From Cyanobacteriota bacterium (GTDB taxonomy: Bacteria; Cyanobacteriota; Cyanobacteriia; PCC-6307; Cyanobiaceae), in NCBI GenBank assembly GCA_046052125.1, contig JBJOMY010000004.1, positions 1 to 64,000 of the forward strand: a DNA stretch of 64,000 bases, written 5' to 3'. Under the pieces are notes generated by a model. It was not told the DNA's origin. It made no database searches and worked only from the letters and a program-made list of their open reading frames with translations. Position numbers and translations under genes: made by a program. Numbering within the stretch: the stretch's first letter is position 1; every line of letters begins with the position of its first letter. Positions 39,452 to 49,583 of the stretch are shown here, in pieces.

Positions 39452-40647
39452 TGCTTCCGGTTCGTCGCTTCGGCCGCACGGATCTGCCGATGCCTGTGCT
39501 CTCCCTCGGCGGGATGCGCTTTCAGCAGAGCTGGAGCGATCTGCCCGCCGATCGGATCAGCGCCGAGAGCCAGGCCAATCTGCGCGCCACCCTGGAGCAC
39601 GCGGTGGATAGCGGCTTCCACCACGTGGAAACGGCGCGCTACTACGGCAGCTCAGAGCGCCAGCTGGGTTCCTTGCTGCCGCTGGTGTCTGATCCCAAGA
39701 GGATCCTGCAAACCAAGGTGCCGCCCCAGGCGGACAGCGCTGCGTTTGAAGCAGAGCTGCGCCTGAGCTTCGAGCGGCTGGCGGTGCCGCGCATTGACCT
39801 GTTGGCGATCCACGGCCTGAACCTGCCGGAGCACCTGGAGCAGACCCTCCGTCCAGGCGGCTGCCTGGAGGTGGTGCGCCGCTGGCAGGCCGAGGGCCGG
39901 GTGGGATCGGTGGGCTTCTCCACCCATGCCCCCCTGCCGCTGATCCTCGAGGCGATCGCCAGCGACGCCTTCGATTACATCAACCTGCACTGGTATTTCA
40001 TCCGTCAGGACAACCGCCCCGCCATCGACGCAGCCCTGGATCACGACATGGGTGTGTTCGTGATCAGCCCCACCGATAAGGGCGGCCACCTGCACACCCC
40101 ATCGGAGCGCCTGCTGGAGCTCTGCGCGCCCCTGCATCCGATCGTGTTCAACGATCTCTTCTGCCTCAGCGCTCCTGGGATCCACACGATCAGCGTGGGC
40201 GCAGCCCGGCCCAGCGATCTCGAGTTGCACCTGGAAGCGGTGCGGCTGCTCCCCCAGGCGGCTGAGCTGGTGCCGCCGATCGTGGCCCGCCTGGAGCAGG
40301 CGCGGCTGGAGGCACTCGGGGCCGATTGGCTGAGCAGCTGGCAGCAGGGGCTGCCCGCCTGGCAGGACACCCCCGGCGAGCTCAACTTGCCCACCCTGCT
40401 GTGGCTGCACAACCTCGTGAAGGCCTGGGGGCTGGAGGGCTATGCCCGCGCCCGCTACGGCCTGCTCGGCGCCGGCAGCCATTGGTTCCCCGGGGCCAAT
40501 GCAGACGCTCTGGATCAGAGCGTGAGCGAGGCGCAGTTGCTCGAGGCCCTGGCCGAGAGCCCCTGGGCTGCGCAGATTCCAGGCCTGCTGCGCCGGCTGC
40601 GGGAGCGGGTGGGGGGCACGGCTAGCCAGCGACTGATGGACAACTGA
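39451..40647 (+). CDS. Aldo/keto reductase family oxidoreductase
   Basis: RRFGRT...LSLGGMRF, ETAR.YG.SE, IDL..IHG, GFSTH. Confidence 0.85.
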   Translation: MLPVRRFGRTDLPMPVLSLGGMRFQQSWSDLPADRISAESQANLRATLEHAVDSGFHHVETARYYGSSERQLGSLLPLVSDPKRILQTKVPPQADSAAFEAELRLSFERLAVPRIDLLAIHGLNLPEHLEQTLRPGGCLEVVRRWQAEGRVGSVGFSTHAPLPLILEAIASDAFDYINLHWYFIRQDNRPAIDAALDHDMGVFVISPTDKGGHLHTPSERLLELCAPLHPIVFNDLFCLSAPGIHTISVGAARPSDLELHLEAVRLLPQAAELVPPIVARLEQARLEALGADWLSSWQQGLPAWQDTPGELNLPTLLWLHNLVKAWGLEGYARARYGLLGAGSHWFPGANADALDQSVSEAQLLEALAESPWAAQIPGLLRRLRERVGGTASQRLMDN

Positions 40648-40653
40648 GGCGCT

Positions 40654-41415
40654 TCAGCCGCCGCCGCTCTGGCCGAGGGGAAATTTGCTGGGCATGCCCA
40701 CCGCGCGGGGGTAGGTCTTCGGGCAGGGGGCGCTGGCGGTGACCACCAGGGCGGTGCGCTGGCCGCGGCCGGCGGGCAGCTCCCGTTGCTCGCAGCTGCG
40801 GATCTCCGCCTTGAGCAAGTGCAGGGCTCGCTCCAGCTCGCGCTGATCCGTGTCGCCCCACTGGCCGCGGTAGAGCAGGGCCTGGCCGTCGGGCTTCAGC
40901 AGTGGCACCAGGTATTCCGCCACCACCGGCGCCCCGGCCACGGCCCGGGCCATCGCCAGATCGAACTGGCCGCGGCAGTGGCGGTGACGGCCGGTGAGCT
41001 CCACCCGCTCGCAGCGCAGCTGCACCCGCTCCTGGAGTCCCAGGCTTGCCGCCATCGCCTCAACGGCCTGGGTCTTACGGCCCACCGAATCCACCAGGGT
41101 GAGCTGGGCCTGTGGCAGGGCGATCGCCACGGCCAGGCCGGGGAAGCCGCCCCCTGTACCCACATCGATGCACTGCAGTGGCGCCTCGGCCTGGCTGTTC
41201 AGCAGCCCGCGCAGGGGCCAGAGGCTGTCGAACACCTGGGCGATCCAGAAGTCATCGCCCTCCACTAGCCGGGTGAGGTTCACCTTGCTGTTCCAGCTGC
41301 GCAGCTCTATTTGCAGCTGCAGCAGCTGGTCGAGCTGCGCTGGGCTCGGCTGCCAGCCCAGCTCCTGCCAAAGGGCGGTGTCGGGTGTGGCAGCGGGCAT
41401 CCCCTCGGACGGCAT
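40654..41415 (-). CDS. rsmG: 16S rRNA m7G527 methyltransferase
   Basis: [30 protein letters not shown]. Confidence 0.93.
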   Translation of the reverse strand: MPSEGMPAATPDTALWQELGWQPSPAQLDQLLQLQIELRSWNSKVNLTRLVEGDDFWIAQVFDSLWPLRGLLNSQAEAPLQCIDVGTGGGFPGLAVAIALPQAQLTLVDSVGRKTQAVEAMAASLGLQERVQLRCERVELTGRHRHCRGQFDLAMARAVAGAPVVAEYLVPLLKPDGQALLYRGQWGDTDQRELERALHLLKAEIRSCEQRELPAGRGQRTALVVTASAPCPKTYPRAVGMPSKFPLGQSGGG

Positions 41416-41458
41416 TGACTCCTGATCTCTAGGATCCCCCACACACGGTGCCTCACTG

Positions 41459-41977
41459 GTGGCAGCTGCCAACCACTACGAGCTGCTGGAGATCGCCACC
41501 GATGCCTCCCAGCAGGAGCTCCGCCAGGCCTTCCGGCGGCTGAGCAAGCACTACCACCCGGATACCACCGCCCTGCCGGCAGCCCAGGCCGAAGAGGGCT
41601 TCCGGCAACTGCAGCTGGCCTATCTCACCCTCAGTGACCCTGAGCGGCGCCGCGCCTACGACAGCAGCCTCAAGGTGGCGGCGCCGCTGGCACCCTCCGC
41701 GCCGCAGTGGCGGGTGTCGGCCCCGAAACCTGCACCGGTGCGGCGGGCCCTCTCCGGTGGGGAGTGGTTTGCGCTGTTGCTGCTCGGCGTGGCCGTGGTG
41801 TTCAGCTTGGTGCTCGGCGTGGGGTTGGCCTGGGCCCGTGGCACCGAGTTGTTGCGCGAGCCGAGCTGGTGGGCCGGCAGCGAGCAGACTGCGGGCTCGT
41901 CGCCCTCCCCTGCTGCGGATGTCGTCCCTGCCGTCGCCCCAGGCGCCGCTGTACAGCCATCCGCTCCCGGCGCTTGA
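41459..41977 (+). CDS. J-domain membrane protein
   Basis: [21 protein letters not shown] and a C-terminal TM helix. Confidence 0.88.
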   Translation: MAAANHYELLEIATDASQQELRQAFRRLSKHYHPDTTALPAAQAEEGFRQLQLAYLTLSDPERRRAYDSSLKVAAPLAPSAPQWRVSAPKPAPVRRALSGGEWFALLLLGVAVVFSLVLGVGLAWARGTELLREPSWWAGSEQTAGSSPSPAADVVPAVAPGAAVQPSAPGA

Positions 41978-42185
41978 GCAGTGGCTCAGGGAGTTGGGGG
42001 CCGTGCAGCAAGGTCCCCACTCCTGCCTGTGGAATCTGGAGCTGGCCAGCTGGAGCGCCCAGATTGAGCTGGAGGTGGAGGAGCTGAGCGTGCGCTGGCA
42101 TACGGGCGAGGCTCCCGTAGAGCGCCACTTCCCCTATGGCTTCAGCCGCGCTGATGTGGAAGCGGCGATCCTGGCCGGTCCCTGA
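41919..42185 (+). CDS. DUF3143-family protein
   Basis: [15 protein letters not shown]...FPY..SR.DVEAAI..GP. Confidence 0.8.
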   Translation: MSSLPSPQAPLYSHPLPALEQWLRELGAVQQGPHSCLWNLELASWSAQIELEVEELSVRWHTGEAPVERHFPYGFSRADVEAAILAGP

Positions 42186-42220
42186 GCGTTCGCCTGACAG
42201 AGCGGCGTTCTCTCGTCAGC

Positions 42221-42538
42221 ATGGGTGAACGATTGAGCCGCCCCATGGACAGCTCCTCACCCAGCACCGCCCATCGACATCTCCAGGTGTCGAATCGCTT
42301 TCTGCAGCCGGAGCAGCTGGCGTCTCCCCGGGCAGGCCGTGCCTGGAGCCCCACCGAAGTGTTCGCCGAGGGGCAGTGGCAAAGCGTGCGCGTGCATCTG
42401 GAGGCTCGGGGCTGGAATGCGCTCCAGATCGAGCAGATCCACGATCAACTGCGCCAGGGCTGGCCGCTAGCTCTGGCGGAGAACAACGTGGCGGTGATCA
42501 GCGGCCACTGCCCGATCAAGGCACGCCGGATCCACTGA
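42221..42538 (+). CDS. Hypothetical protein
   Basis: 105-aa ORF filling the gap, protein-like composition; start uncertain. Confidence 0.5.
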   Translation: MGERLSRPMDSSSPSTAHRHLQVSNRFLQPEQLASPRAGRAWSPTEVFAEGQWQSVRVHLEARGWNALQIEQIHDQLRQGWPLALAENNVAVISGHCPIKARRIH

Positions 42539-42551
42539 TGCTCGTTTGAGC

Positions 42552-42716
42552 TCAGAGCTTGCGCTTGCACACTTCGCTTCGGTCTTCACCCTGGGTGGAG
42601 AAGGGGCCGCAGCTGAACCAGCGCACCATCGACACCTCAACGTCGGTGAACAGCACCAGGATTCCGGCGCATAGGGCCGCAACGGCGGCGCTGATCGCAA
42701 CGTGTGAGCCTTTCAT
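42552..42716 (-). CDS. 54-aa small membrane/secreted protein after bioD (not in the ORF track)
   Basis: MKGSHVAISAAVAALCAGILVLFTDVEVSMVRWFSCGPFSTQGEDRSEVCKRKL*; starts 13 nt after the bioD stop. Confidence 0.6.
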   Translation of the reverse strand: MKGSHVAISAAVAALCAGILVLFTDVEVSMVRWFSCGPFSTQGEDRSEVCKRKL

Positions 42717-42729
42717 GCACCGGGGCGCT

Positions 42730-43383
42730 TCATGCCTGGAGCTTATGGGAGAGCTCCAGTTGCTGCCATTGCTCCGCCAGGCTGGCGCTGTTGATCGCCT
42801 CCAGGGGAGGCAGGCAGCCGAGGATCGGCGCCCCCGCCAGCTGCTCGAGCGTGGTGAGGTTGTTGGCGTGGGGGGGGCCGTTCAACAGTACCCCGAGCAC
42901 AGGGATCCTGCGCTGCCGCAGCGCTTCCAGCGACAACAGCGTGTGGTTGAGGGTGCCCAGGCCACTGCGGGCCACCAGCAACACGGGCAGCTGCCAGCGC
43001 TGTAATTGCTCGATCTGGAGCAGATCCAGCCGCAGGGGCACCAGGAGGCCGCCGGCGGTTTCCACCACCAGCGCCCCTGGATGGGCCGGCAGCTGGAGCC
43101 GTTGCGGATCAATCGGCGCTCCCGGATGGAGCGGATCACCCCCCTCGAGGGCGCTGGCCCAGTGGGGCGACATCGGTGCCTCCAGCCGGTAGGCCTCCGG
43201 GATGATCCGCTCGCCCGGCAGGTCCAGCCAGCGCTGCACGCGGTCGCGGTCGCCCTCGCCGTTCTCCAGGCCGCACTGCACCGGTTTCCAGTAGTGCGCC
43301 CTGAGCCCCTGCACCAACAGGGCGCTCACCACGGTCTTGCCCACATCGGTGTCGGTGCCGCACACCACTAGGCGGTTGGTCAT
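42730..43383 (-). CDS. bioD: Dethiobiotin synthase
   Basis: GTDTDVGKT, WKPVQCG, ETAGGL.VP, LGTLNHTLL. Confidence 0.95.
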   Translation of the reverse strand: MTNRLVVCGTDTDVGKTVVSALLVQGLRAHYWKPVQCGLENGEGDRDRVQRWLDLPGERIIPEAYRLEAPMSPHWASALEGGDPLHPGAPIDPQRLQLPAHPGALVVETAGGLLVPLRLDLLQIEQLQRWQLPVLLVARSGLGTLNHTLLSLEALRQRRIPVLGVLLNGPPHANNLTTLEQLAGAPILGCLPPLEAINSASLAEQWQQLELSHKLQA

Positions 43384-44156
43384 CGCTTGCGTCCGATCAG
43401 CACGAGCACGTGCCACACGATGGCTTGCTCAGGCCCCGGCCAGTGGCGGATCAGCCGTCGCATCTCGCCGGCCTGCAGACGCGGCGCGCGGCTGGCGTGG
43501 GCTCCGATCCCCTTGATCTGTTGCAGGAAGGCCAACGCCCCGGGGTTGGCGCGGCTGAAACGCAACTGCCGGCAATGCAGCAGGTCAAGCGATTGCTCGG
43601 CTTGCTGGATCAGCTCCTCCGCCTCGGGCAGGGCCAGGGCCGTGCAGGGCACGTTGGCGTTCTTCGCGCTCTGATGCCACAGCGCGAAGCTGCCCTGGCA
43701 GGGCACCGCCAGCAGCAGTGCACCGCCGGGGCTGAGGGCGCCACACCACTGGCCTAGTTGCGCCGTGGGCTGCTCCAGCCACTGCAAGGCAAAGCTGGAG
43801 GCCAGGAGCGCCGCCGCTTGGAGCTCCTGCGGCAGCCCCTGGTTGAGATCCCAGCGCAGCCTTGGCGGAGGCGTTTGGCGCGGGGTCTCCTGGGAGAGCA
43901 GGGCCTCGCAGGCATCCACTCGTAGCAGTGGCGGACCACTGATCTGGGCTTCGATCGCGCTGGCCAACAGGCCGGTGCCGGCTCCCAGATCCGCCCGGGG
44001 GCCGGCTGGTAGGTCGGTGGCGAGCAGGGCCTGGCTGAGGTGGCCGAGCCGTTGGGCCACGGCGGCCTGAAGCGTGGCGCCGCGCTCGTAAGCCGCGGCG
44101 CCGCTGCGGAAACAGCGCTCCACGCTGTCGCTAAAGCGCGGCTCAGGCCTGGCCAT
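43380..44156 (-). CDS. bioC: Malonyl-ACP O-methyltransferase (BioC-like)
   Basis: F...A.AY...A.LQ, DLGAGTG, SSFALQW; within the bio cluster. Confidence 0.85.
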   Translation of the reverse strand: MARPEPRFSDSVERCFRSGAAAYERGATLQAAVAQRLGHLSQALLATDLPAGPRADLGAGTGLLASAIEAQISGPPLLRVDACEALLSQETPRQTPPPRLRWDLNQGLPQELQAAALLASSFALQWLEQPTAQLGQWCGALSPGGALLLAVPCQGSFALWHQSAKNANVPCTALALPEAEELIQQAEQSLDLLHCRQLRFSRANPGALAFLQQIKGIGAHASRAPRLQAGEMRRLIRHWPGPEQAIVWHVLVLIGRKR

Positions 44157-44847
44157 CAGCGATCCAGGCCAGCACCCGCGCCGGTAGGTCGGCGTTGAGC
44201 AGGCAGTGTCCTGCCCGCTCGAGCGTCCACACCTCCGCACCGGGCAGGGCGTTCCGCAGGGCGGCGCGGCTGCTCGGGTGCACGATCTGATCATCGGCCG
44301 CCTCCACGATCAGCAGCCGCGCCGCCTGCGGGAAGCCTTCTGGCAGGCCTGAGGTCTGCCCCAGCTGCACCAGATCCTGTTGCAGCCGCTCGAGCCCGGG
44401 GCCGTCGATGCCCTGCTCCAGAGGACCTGGCGGTAAGGCCGAGGGCGGGTAGGGGGCGGCGGCTTGGCGAAAGAAGTCCCGCAGCATCGCGGTGGTCTCT
44501 CCAGCGCTGAGTCGTTGCTCCATCGCCCGCAGCGCGACGCGCAAGCTCCGGCCTTCCCTGCCCTCGGGCACAAAAGCCGCGAAGCTCGCTAGCAGCACCA
44601 CGCAGCTAGCTTGAGCCCAGAGCGCGGCAGGGATCAGGTGCGGCCCCATGGAATGGCCGATCACCACCCGCTGCTCGGCTCGATCTGGCCAGGTGGGTTG
44701 GTGGGGTGGCAGCTTGCCGTAGCCGCGCTCGGCGGCGCTGAAGCTCCAGCTGCGGGCTAGGGCCTGCTCAGCCCACGGCTGCCAGGCGCGGCTGTCGCCC
44801 GCCCAGCCGTGCACGGCGATCAGGTGGGTGTGGGTTGGTGAGCTCAT
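44143..44847 (-). CDS. Pimeloyl-ACP methyl ester esterase (BioH/BioK-type alpha/beta hydrolase)
   Basis: HGW, GHSMG nucleophile elbow, D.IV, GH; between bioF and bioC. Confidence 0.8.
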   Translation of the reverse strand: MSSPTHTHLIAVHGWAGDSRAWQPWAEQALARSWSFSAAERGYGKLPPHQPTWPDRAEQRVVIGHSMGPHLIPAALWAQASCVVLLASFAAFVPEGREGRSLRVALRAMEQRLSAGETTAMLRDFFRQAAAPYPPSALPPGPLEQGIDGPGLERLQQDLVQLGQTSGLPEGFPQAARLLIVEAADDQIVHPSSRAALRNALPGAEVWTLERAGHCLLNADLPARVLAWIADGQA

Positions 44848-46034
44848 GGCGCTCCCAGGGCGCTGAGCAACGCGTTGAGGCTGCCCGCGGGCAGATCGTG
44901 GCGGAGCACCAGCCTGAGCCGTGCACAGCCCTCGGGCACGGTGGGCGGCCGGATCGCCACGCTCAGCAGGCCGGCCTGCTCGAGCTGCTGTTGCAGCGCC
45001 AGGGCACGGCCGTCGTCGCCCACCAACAGCGGCAGGATCGGCCCGTAGCCGGGTGGACGCGGCCAGCCGGCCTGCTCCAGCTGGTCGCGCCAGCGCTCAG
45101 CGCGCTGCAAGAGTTGCGCGCCACGTTCGGGTTGCTCTTGGATCTGCGCCAGAGCAGCCAGGGCCGCCGCCGCCAGGGGCGGAGCCAGCGCTGTGGTGTA
45201 GCGGTAGGGGCCGGAATGCTGCAGCAGCCATTCCCCCACCAGGGCATCCGCGGCCAGAAAAGCCCCGCCACTGCCGAAGGCCTTGCCGAAGGTGCCACTG
45301 ATCAGGCTCACCTCGTTCAAGCCATGGCCCAGGCCGCGGCCACGGGGCCCAAGCACCCCCAGGGCGTGGGCTTCATCGAGCAGCAGGGCCGCGTTGTGTC
45401 TCTGGCAGAGCGCGCTGAGCGCGGGCAGATCCGGTGAGGTGCCCTCCATCGAGAACAGGCTTTCGCTGATCACCAGTAGCCGCTGCGCAGGGCGATCCCG
45501 GCGTGCCTGCTGCAGCCGCTCCTCCAGGTCGGCGAGGTTGTTGTGGGCAAAGCGTTGCAGCCCGGCGCCGCTGGCACGCACGCCCACCAGCAAGGAGTGG
45601 TGAATCAGCCGGTCGGCCAGCACCAGGGTGTGGCGATCCGCCAGGGCCTGCACCGCCGCCAGGTTGGCCTGAAAGCCACTGGGAAACAGCAGCACCCGTT
45701 CGCGCCCGAGCCAGGCCGCCAGCTCCGCCTCCAGCTCGGCATGCACAGCCCGGCTGCCGCTCACCAAGCGCGAGGCCCCTGCCCCCACTCCTTCGCGGGC
45801 CATGCACTGGTTCGCGGCCTCCACGAGGGCCGGGTGGCAGGCCAGGCCGAGGTAATCGTTGCTCGCCAGATCCAGCAGGGGCCGGCTTCCGTTGGCTGTG
45901 CTCTGCAAGCCGGCCGCGGCGGTGGGTTGCCAGCTGCGCAGCTCGCGCCGCCGCTCGGGCGGGAGTGCTTCGAGTGCCTTCGCCAGAGGAGCACTCCAGG
46001 AAGCTTCTGAGCCGGGGGCGTGCGCCTTAACCAA
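44844..46034 (-). CDS. bioF: 8-amino-7-oxononanoate synthase
   Basis: SNDYLGL, GASRLVSG, DEAHALG, TFGKAFG, IRPPTVP. Confidence 0.93.
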   Translation of the reverse strand: MVKAHAPGSEASWSAPLAKALEALPPERRRELRSWQPTAAAGLQSTANGSRPLLDLASNDYLGLACHPALVEAANQCMAREGVGAGASRLVSGSRAVHAELEAELAAWLGRERVLLFPSGFQANLAAVQALADRHTLVLADRLIHHSLLVGVRASGAGLQRFAHNNLADLEERLQQARRDRPAQRLLVISESLFSMEGTSPDLPALSALCQRHNAALLLDEAHALGVLGPRGRGLGHGLNEVSLISGTFGKAFGSGGAFLAADALVGEWLLQHSGPYRYTTALAPPLAAAALAALAQIQEQPERGAQLLQRAERWRDQLEQAGWPRPPGYGPILPLLVGDDGRALALQQQLEQAGLLSVAIRPPTVPEGCARLRLVLRHDLPAGSLNALLSALGAP

Positions 46035-46100
46035 GCCCGCTGCTGCGCGGTGGAGATCGTCTCAGTCTGCCCGCTGGTTGATTGCCCATAGGATCTGCTA

Positions 46101-48929
46101 ATGCCCAGCAGCCCTCAGGCCTCAGCCGCCGCGCACCCCGTTGATGGTGGCGACGCCCCTGCCGCTGCCTTCGCTGCTGTGCCGCCCCTTGAGCAGCTGT
46201 TTCCCTTCCCGCTCGACGGCTTCCAGCTCGAGGCGATCGACGCCCTGAACCAGGGGCATTCGGTTGTGGTGAGTGCCCCCACCGGTTCGGGCAAAACCCT
46301 GGTGGGTGAATACGCGATTCATCGCGCCCTGGCCCACGGGCGCAAGGTGTTTTACACAACACCGCTCAAGGCGCTCTCCAACCAGAAGCTGCGCGATTTC
46401 CGCGAGCAGTTCGGCGCCGAGCGGGTGGGTCTGATGACCGGTGATCTCACGGTGAACCGTGAGGCCTCTGTGGTGGTGATGACCACCGAGATCTTCCGCA
46501 ACATGCTCTATGCGGAGGCCGATCAGGGCGAAGACCCGCTCGAGGATGTGGAGGCGGTGGTGCTCGATGAGTGCCACTACATGAACGATTCCCAGCGCGG
46601 CACGGTGTGGGAGGAATCGATCATTCACTGCCCGCCGGTGGTGCAGCTGGTGGCGCTCTCGGCCACGGTGGCCAATGCCGGGCAGCTCACCGACTGGATC
46701 GAGCGGGTGCACGGCCCCACCCAGTTGGTGATGAGCGACTTCCGGCCGGTGCCGCTGGCCTTCAGCTTCTGCAGCGCCAAGGGGCTCCATCCGCTGCTCA
46801 ATGACGAGGGCACTGGCCTTCACCCCAACTGCAAGGTATGGCGCGCCCCCAAGGGCAATAAGCGCAAGGGCCCGAAAACCCCTAAGCCACCCCAACCGGA
46901 GGCCCCGCCCCTGGGCTTTGTGGTGGCGCAGATGGCTGAGCGGGAGATGCTGCCGGCCATCTATTTCATCTTCAGCCGCCGCGGCTGCGACAAAGCGGTG
47001 CGCGATCTGGGCAAGGTGTGCCTGGTGTCGCCCGAGGAGCAGGCGCGGATCGCCGCCCGTCTCGAGGCGTTCATCGCGGCAACGCCGGAGGCCGTGCGCG
47101 ATGGCGGCCACGACGATGCCCTGCTGCGGGGGATCGCCGCCCACCACGCCGGTGTGTTGCCCGCCTGGAAGGAGCTGATCGAGGAGCTGTTCCAGCAGGG
47201 GCTGGTGAAGGTGGTGTTCGCCACCGAAACCCTGGCGGCGGGCATCAACATGCCGGCGCGGAGCACCGTGATCTCAGCGCTCTCCAAGCGCACCGAGCGG
47301 GGCCACCGGCCGCTGATGGGCAGTGAGTTTCTGCAGATGGCCGGCCGGGCCGGGCGGCGCGGGCTCGACACCCAGGGCTATGTGGTCACGGTGCAAAGCC
47401 GCTTTGAAGGGGTGCGGGAAGCGGGCCAGCTGGCCACGGCGCCCTCCGATCCGCTGGTGAGCCAGTTCACCCCCAGCTACGGCATGGTGCTCAACCTGCT
47501 GCAGCGCTACGACCTCGAGAAGGCCAAGGAGCTGGTGGAGCGCAGCTTCGGGCGCTACCTGGCCACCCTTGATCTGGCCGACGATGAGGCCCGCATCGCC
47601 GAACTGCGCGAGCAGCTCAGCCACCTCAGCGATGAGGCGGTGGAGGTGGCCTGGGACGACTTTGAGGACTACGAGAAGCAGCGCGGCCGGCTGCGGGAAG
47701 AGCGGCGCCTTTTGCGGATCCTGCAGCAGCAGGCCGAGGAGACCCTCGCCCACGAACTCACTCTGGCGCTGCGCTTTGCCAGCGAAGGTGCCCTGGTGAG
47801 CCTGAAGGCTCCGGTGCTGCGCGGCCGGGTGACGCCGGCCGTGATTGTGGAGAAGGTGGAGGGGCCGGGCCAATTCCCGTTGTTGCTCTGCCTCACCGAT
47901 GACAACGTGTGGGTGCTGGTGCCCTGCACGGCCGTGGTGAGCCTGCACGCCGAGCTCAGCTGCCTGCAGGTGAAAGAGATCACGGCGCCCGAGCTGCATC
48001 GCGCCGGTGAGCTGCGCCATGGCGATCAGGCCAGCGGCGGTCTGGCTCTGGCGGTGGCCCACATGGCCCGCCGCCACGACATGACCACCCCGCAATACGA
48101 CCTGGCGGGTGAGGTGCAGGCCCAGGCCCACCTGGTGCGTGAGCTGGAGCTGGCTCTGGAGCTGCATCCGGCCCACCACGCCGGCGACCGCAAGAAGCTG
48201 CGCAAGCAGCGGTTCCGCATCGAGGAGCTGGAAGCGGAGATCGAAGAGCGGCAGCGGATCCTGCACTACCGCGCCAACCGCCACTGGGAAACGGTGCTGG
48301 CGTTGATCGAGATCCTGCGCCATTTCGGCTGTCTGGCGGGCGATGAGGGCCTCGATCCCACGGAGATCGGCCGCACCGTGGGGGCCTTGCGCGGCGACAA
48401 CGAGCTCTGGCTTGGCCTGGCGCTGATGAGCGGGCACCTGGATGAGCTCGATCCGGCTGATCTAGCCGCAGTGCTGGAGGTGATCTCCACCGAGGTGAAC
48501 CGTCCCGACCTGTGGAGTGGCTTCCCACCCCCGCCCGCTGCTGAAGAGGCCCTGCATGATCTGCGCGGCATCCGCCGCGAGCTGCAGCGGCTGCAGGAGC
48601 GGGCCTCGGTGGTGATGCCGCTTTGGTTTGAGCCCGAGCTGATGGGCCTGGTGCACGCCTGGGCCAAGGGCGTGAGCTGGAACGACCTGATCGCCAACAC
48701 CTCGTTGGATGAAGGCGATGTGGTGCGGATCATGCGCCGCACCGTGGATCTGCTGGCCCAGATCCCCTACTGCGAAGCGATCAGCGAGCAGCTGCGCAGC
48801 AATGCCCGCACCGCCCTCAAGGCGATCAACCGCTTCCCGGTGTGCGAGCCGATCGATCTGCTGGCGGGTGGGACTGGGCCCAATCCCGCCACCGAGCGCA
48901 GCGCCACGGCGCCGACTACTTCGGCCTGA
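46101..48929 (+). CDS. Ski2/HelY-like DExH RNA helicase
   Basis: APTGSGKT, DECH, LSAT, HHAG, QMAGRAGRRG, DSHCT-like C-terminus. Confidence 0.93.
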   Translation: MPSSPQASAAAHPVDGGDAPAAAFAAVPPLEQLFPFPLDGFQLEAIDALNQGHSVVVSAPTGSGKTLVGEYAIHRALAHGRKVFYTTPLKALSNQKLRDFREQFGAERVGLMTGDLTVNREASVVVMTTEIFRNMLYAEADQGEDPLEDVEAVVLDECHYMNDSQRGTVWEESIIHCPPVVQLVALSATVANAGQLTDWIERVHGPTQLVMSDFRPVPLAFSFCSAKGLHPLLNDEGTGLHPNCKVWRAPKGNKRKGPKTPKPPQPEAPPLGFVVAQMAEREMLPAIYFIFSRRGCDKAVRDLGKVCLVSPEEQARIAARLEAFIAATPEAVRDGGHDDALLRGIAAHHAGVLPAWKELIEELFQQGLVKVVFATETLAAGINMPARSTVISALSKRTERGHRPLMGSEFLQMAGRAGRRGLDTQGYVVTVQSRFEGVREAGQLATAPSDPLVSQFTPSYGMVLNLLQRYDLEKAKELVERSFGRYLATLDLADDEARIAELREQLSHLSDEAVEVAWDDFEDYEKQRGRLREERRLLRILQQQAEETLAHELTLALRFASEGALVSLKAPVLRGRVTPAVIVEKVEGPGQFPLLLCLTDDNVWVLVPCTAVVSLHAELSCLQVKEITAPELHRAGELRHGDQASGGLALAVAHMARRHDMTTPQYDLAGEVQAQAHLVRELELALELHPAHHAGDRKKLRKQRFRIEELEAEIEERQRILHYRANRHWETVLALIEILRHFGCLAGDEGLDPTEIGRTVGALRGDNELWLGLALMSGHLDELDPADLAAVLEVISTEVNRPDLWSGFPPPPAAEEALHDLRGIRRELQRLQERASVVMPLWFEPELMGLVHAWAKGVSWNDLIANTSLDEGDVVRIMRRTVDLLAQIPYCEAISEQLRSNARTALKAINRFPVCEPIDLLAGGTGPNPATERSATAPTTSA

Positions 48930-49044
48930 GCACCAGCCACACGATCAGCAGCAGGCCGGTGGTGCTCACCACGGTGTAGATCCAGTCGGCGTAGGGCGTG
49001 TAAAACAGCGCCAGGGGCTGTAGGGCTGCCAGCAGTGCGTTCAT
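48916..49044 (-). CDS. 42-aa single-TM small protein (not in the ORF track)
   Basis: GGAGGAACC-ATG Shine-Dalgarno; MNALLAALQPLALFYTPYADWIYTVVSTTGLLLIVWLVLRPK*. Confidence 0.65.
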   Translation of the reverse strand: MNALLAALQPLALFYTPYADWIYTVVSTTGLLLIVWLVLRPK

Positions 49045-49094
49045 GGTTCCTCCCCCAGGCCTGTGGGTAGCGTGCCAGCAGGGGCTGTGGCGCC

Positions 49095-49529
49095 GTGATC
49101 AATCCCTCCCGCATCCGCATCCTGGCGGTGGGCAAGGTGCGCAAGGGTTGGGTACTCGAGGGCATCGCCACCTACCTCAAGCGCTTGCCCGGCTTGCAGG
49201 TGGTGGAGCTCCGGGATGCCGGCAAAGCCAAGGAGGCTGAAGCTGTTCTGGCTGCCGTGCAGCCAGGGGAGCAGCTGGTGGTGATGGCTGAGGAGGGCCA
49301 AACCTTTGATTCACCAGCTTTCGCCGAGCGGCTTGAGGGCTCGGGTTCAGAACGGCTGGTGTTTGTGATTGGCGGGGCTGAAGGCATCGATCCAGCCCTC
49401 AAGGCTCGCGCCAGCTGGAAGCTCAGCCTCTCGCCGATGACCTTCCCCCACGAGCTGGCGCGGCTGCTCCTCCTGGAGCAGCTGTATCGGGCCCTCTCGA
49501 TTCAGCAGGGCGGGCCGTATCACAAATGA
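49095..49529 (+). CDS. rlmH: 23S rRNA m3-pseudoU1915 methyltransferase
   Basis: [38 protein letters not shown]. Confidence 0.95.
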   Translation: MINPSRIRILAVGKVRKGWVLEGIATYLKRLPGLQVVELRDAGKAKEAEAVLAAVQPGEQLVVMAEEGQTFDSPAFAERLEGSGSERLVFVIGGAEGIDPALKARASWKLSLSPMTFPHELARLLLLEQLYRALSIQQGGPYHK

Positions 49530-49583
49530 ACTGGCCTTGACTCTGTACGGACAGTTCGGAACTCTTGGGTGTGAAGCCTGGCT

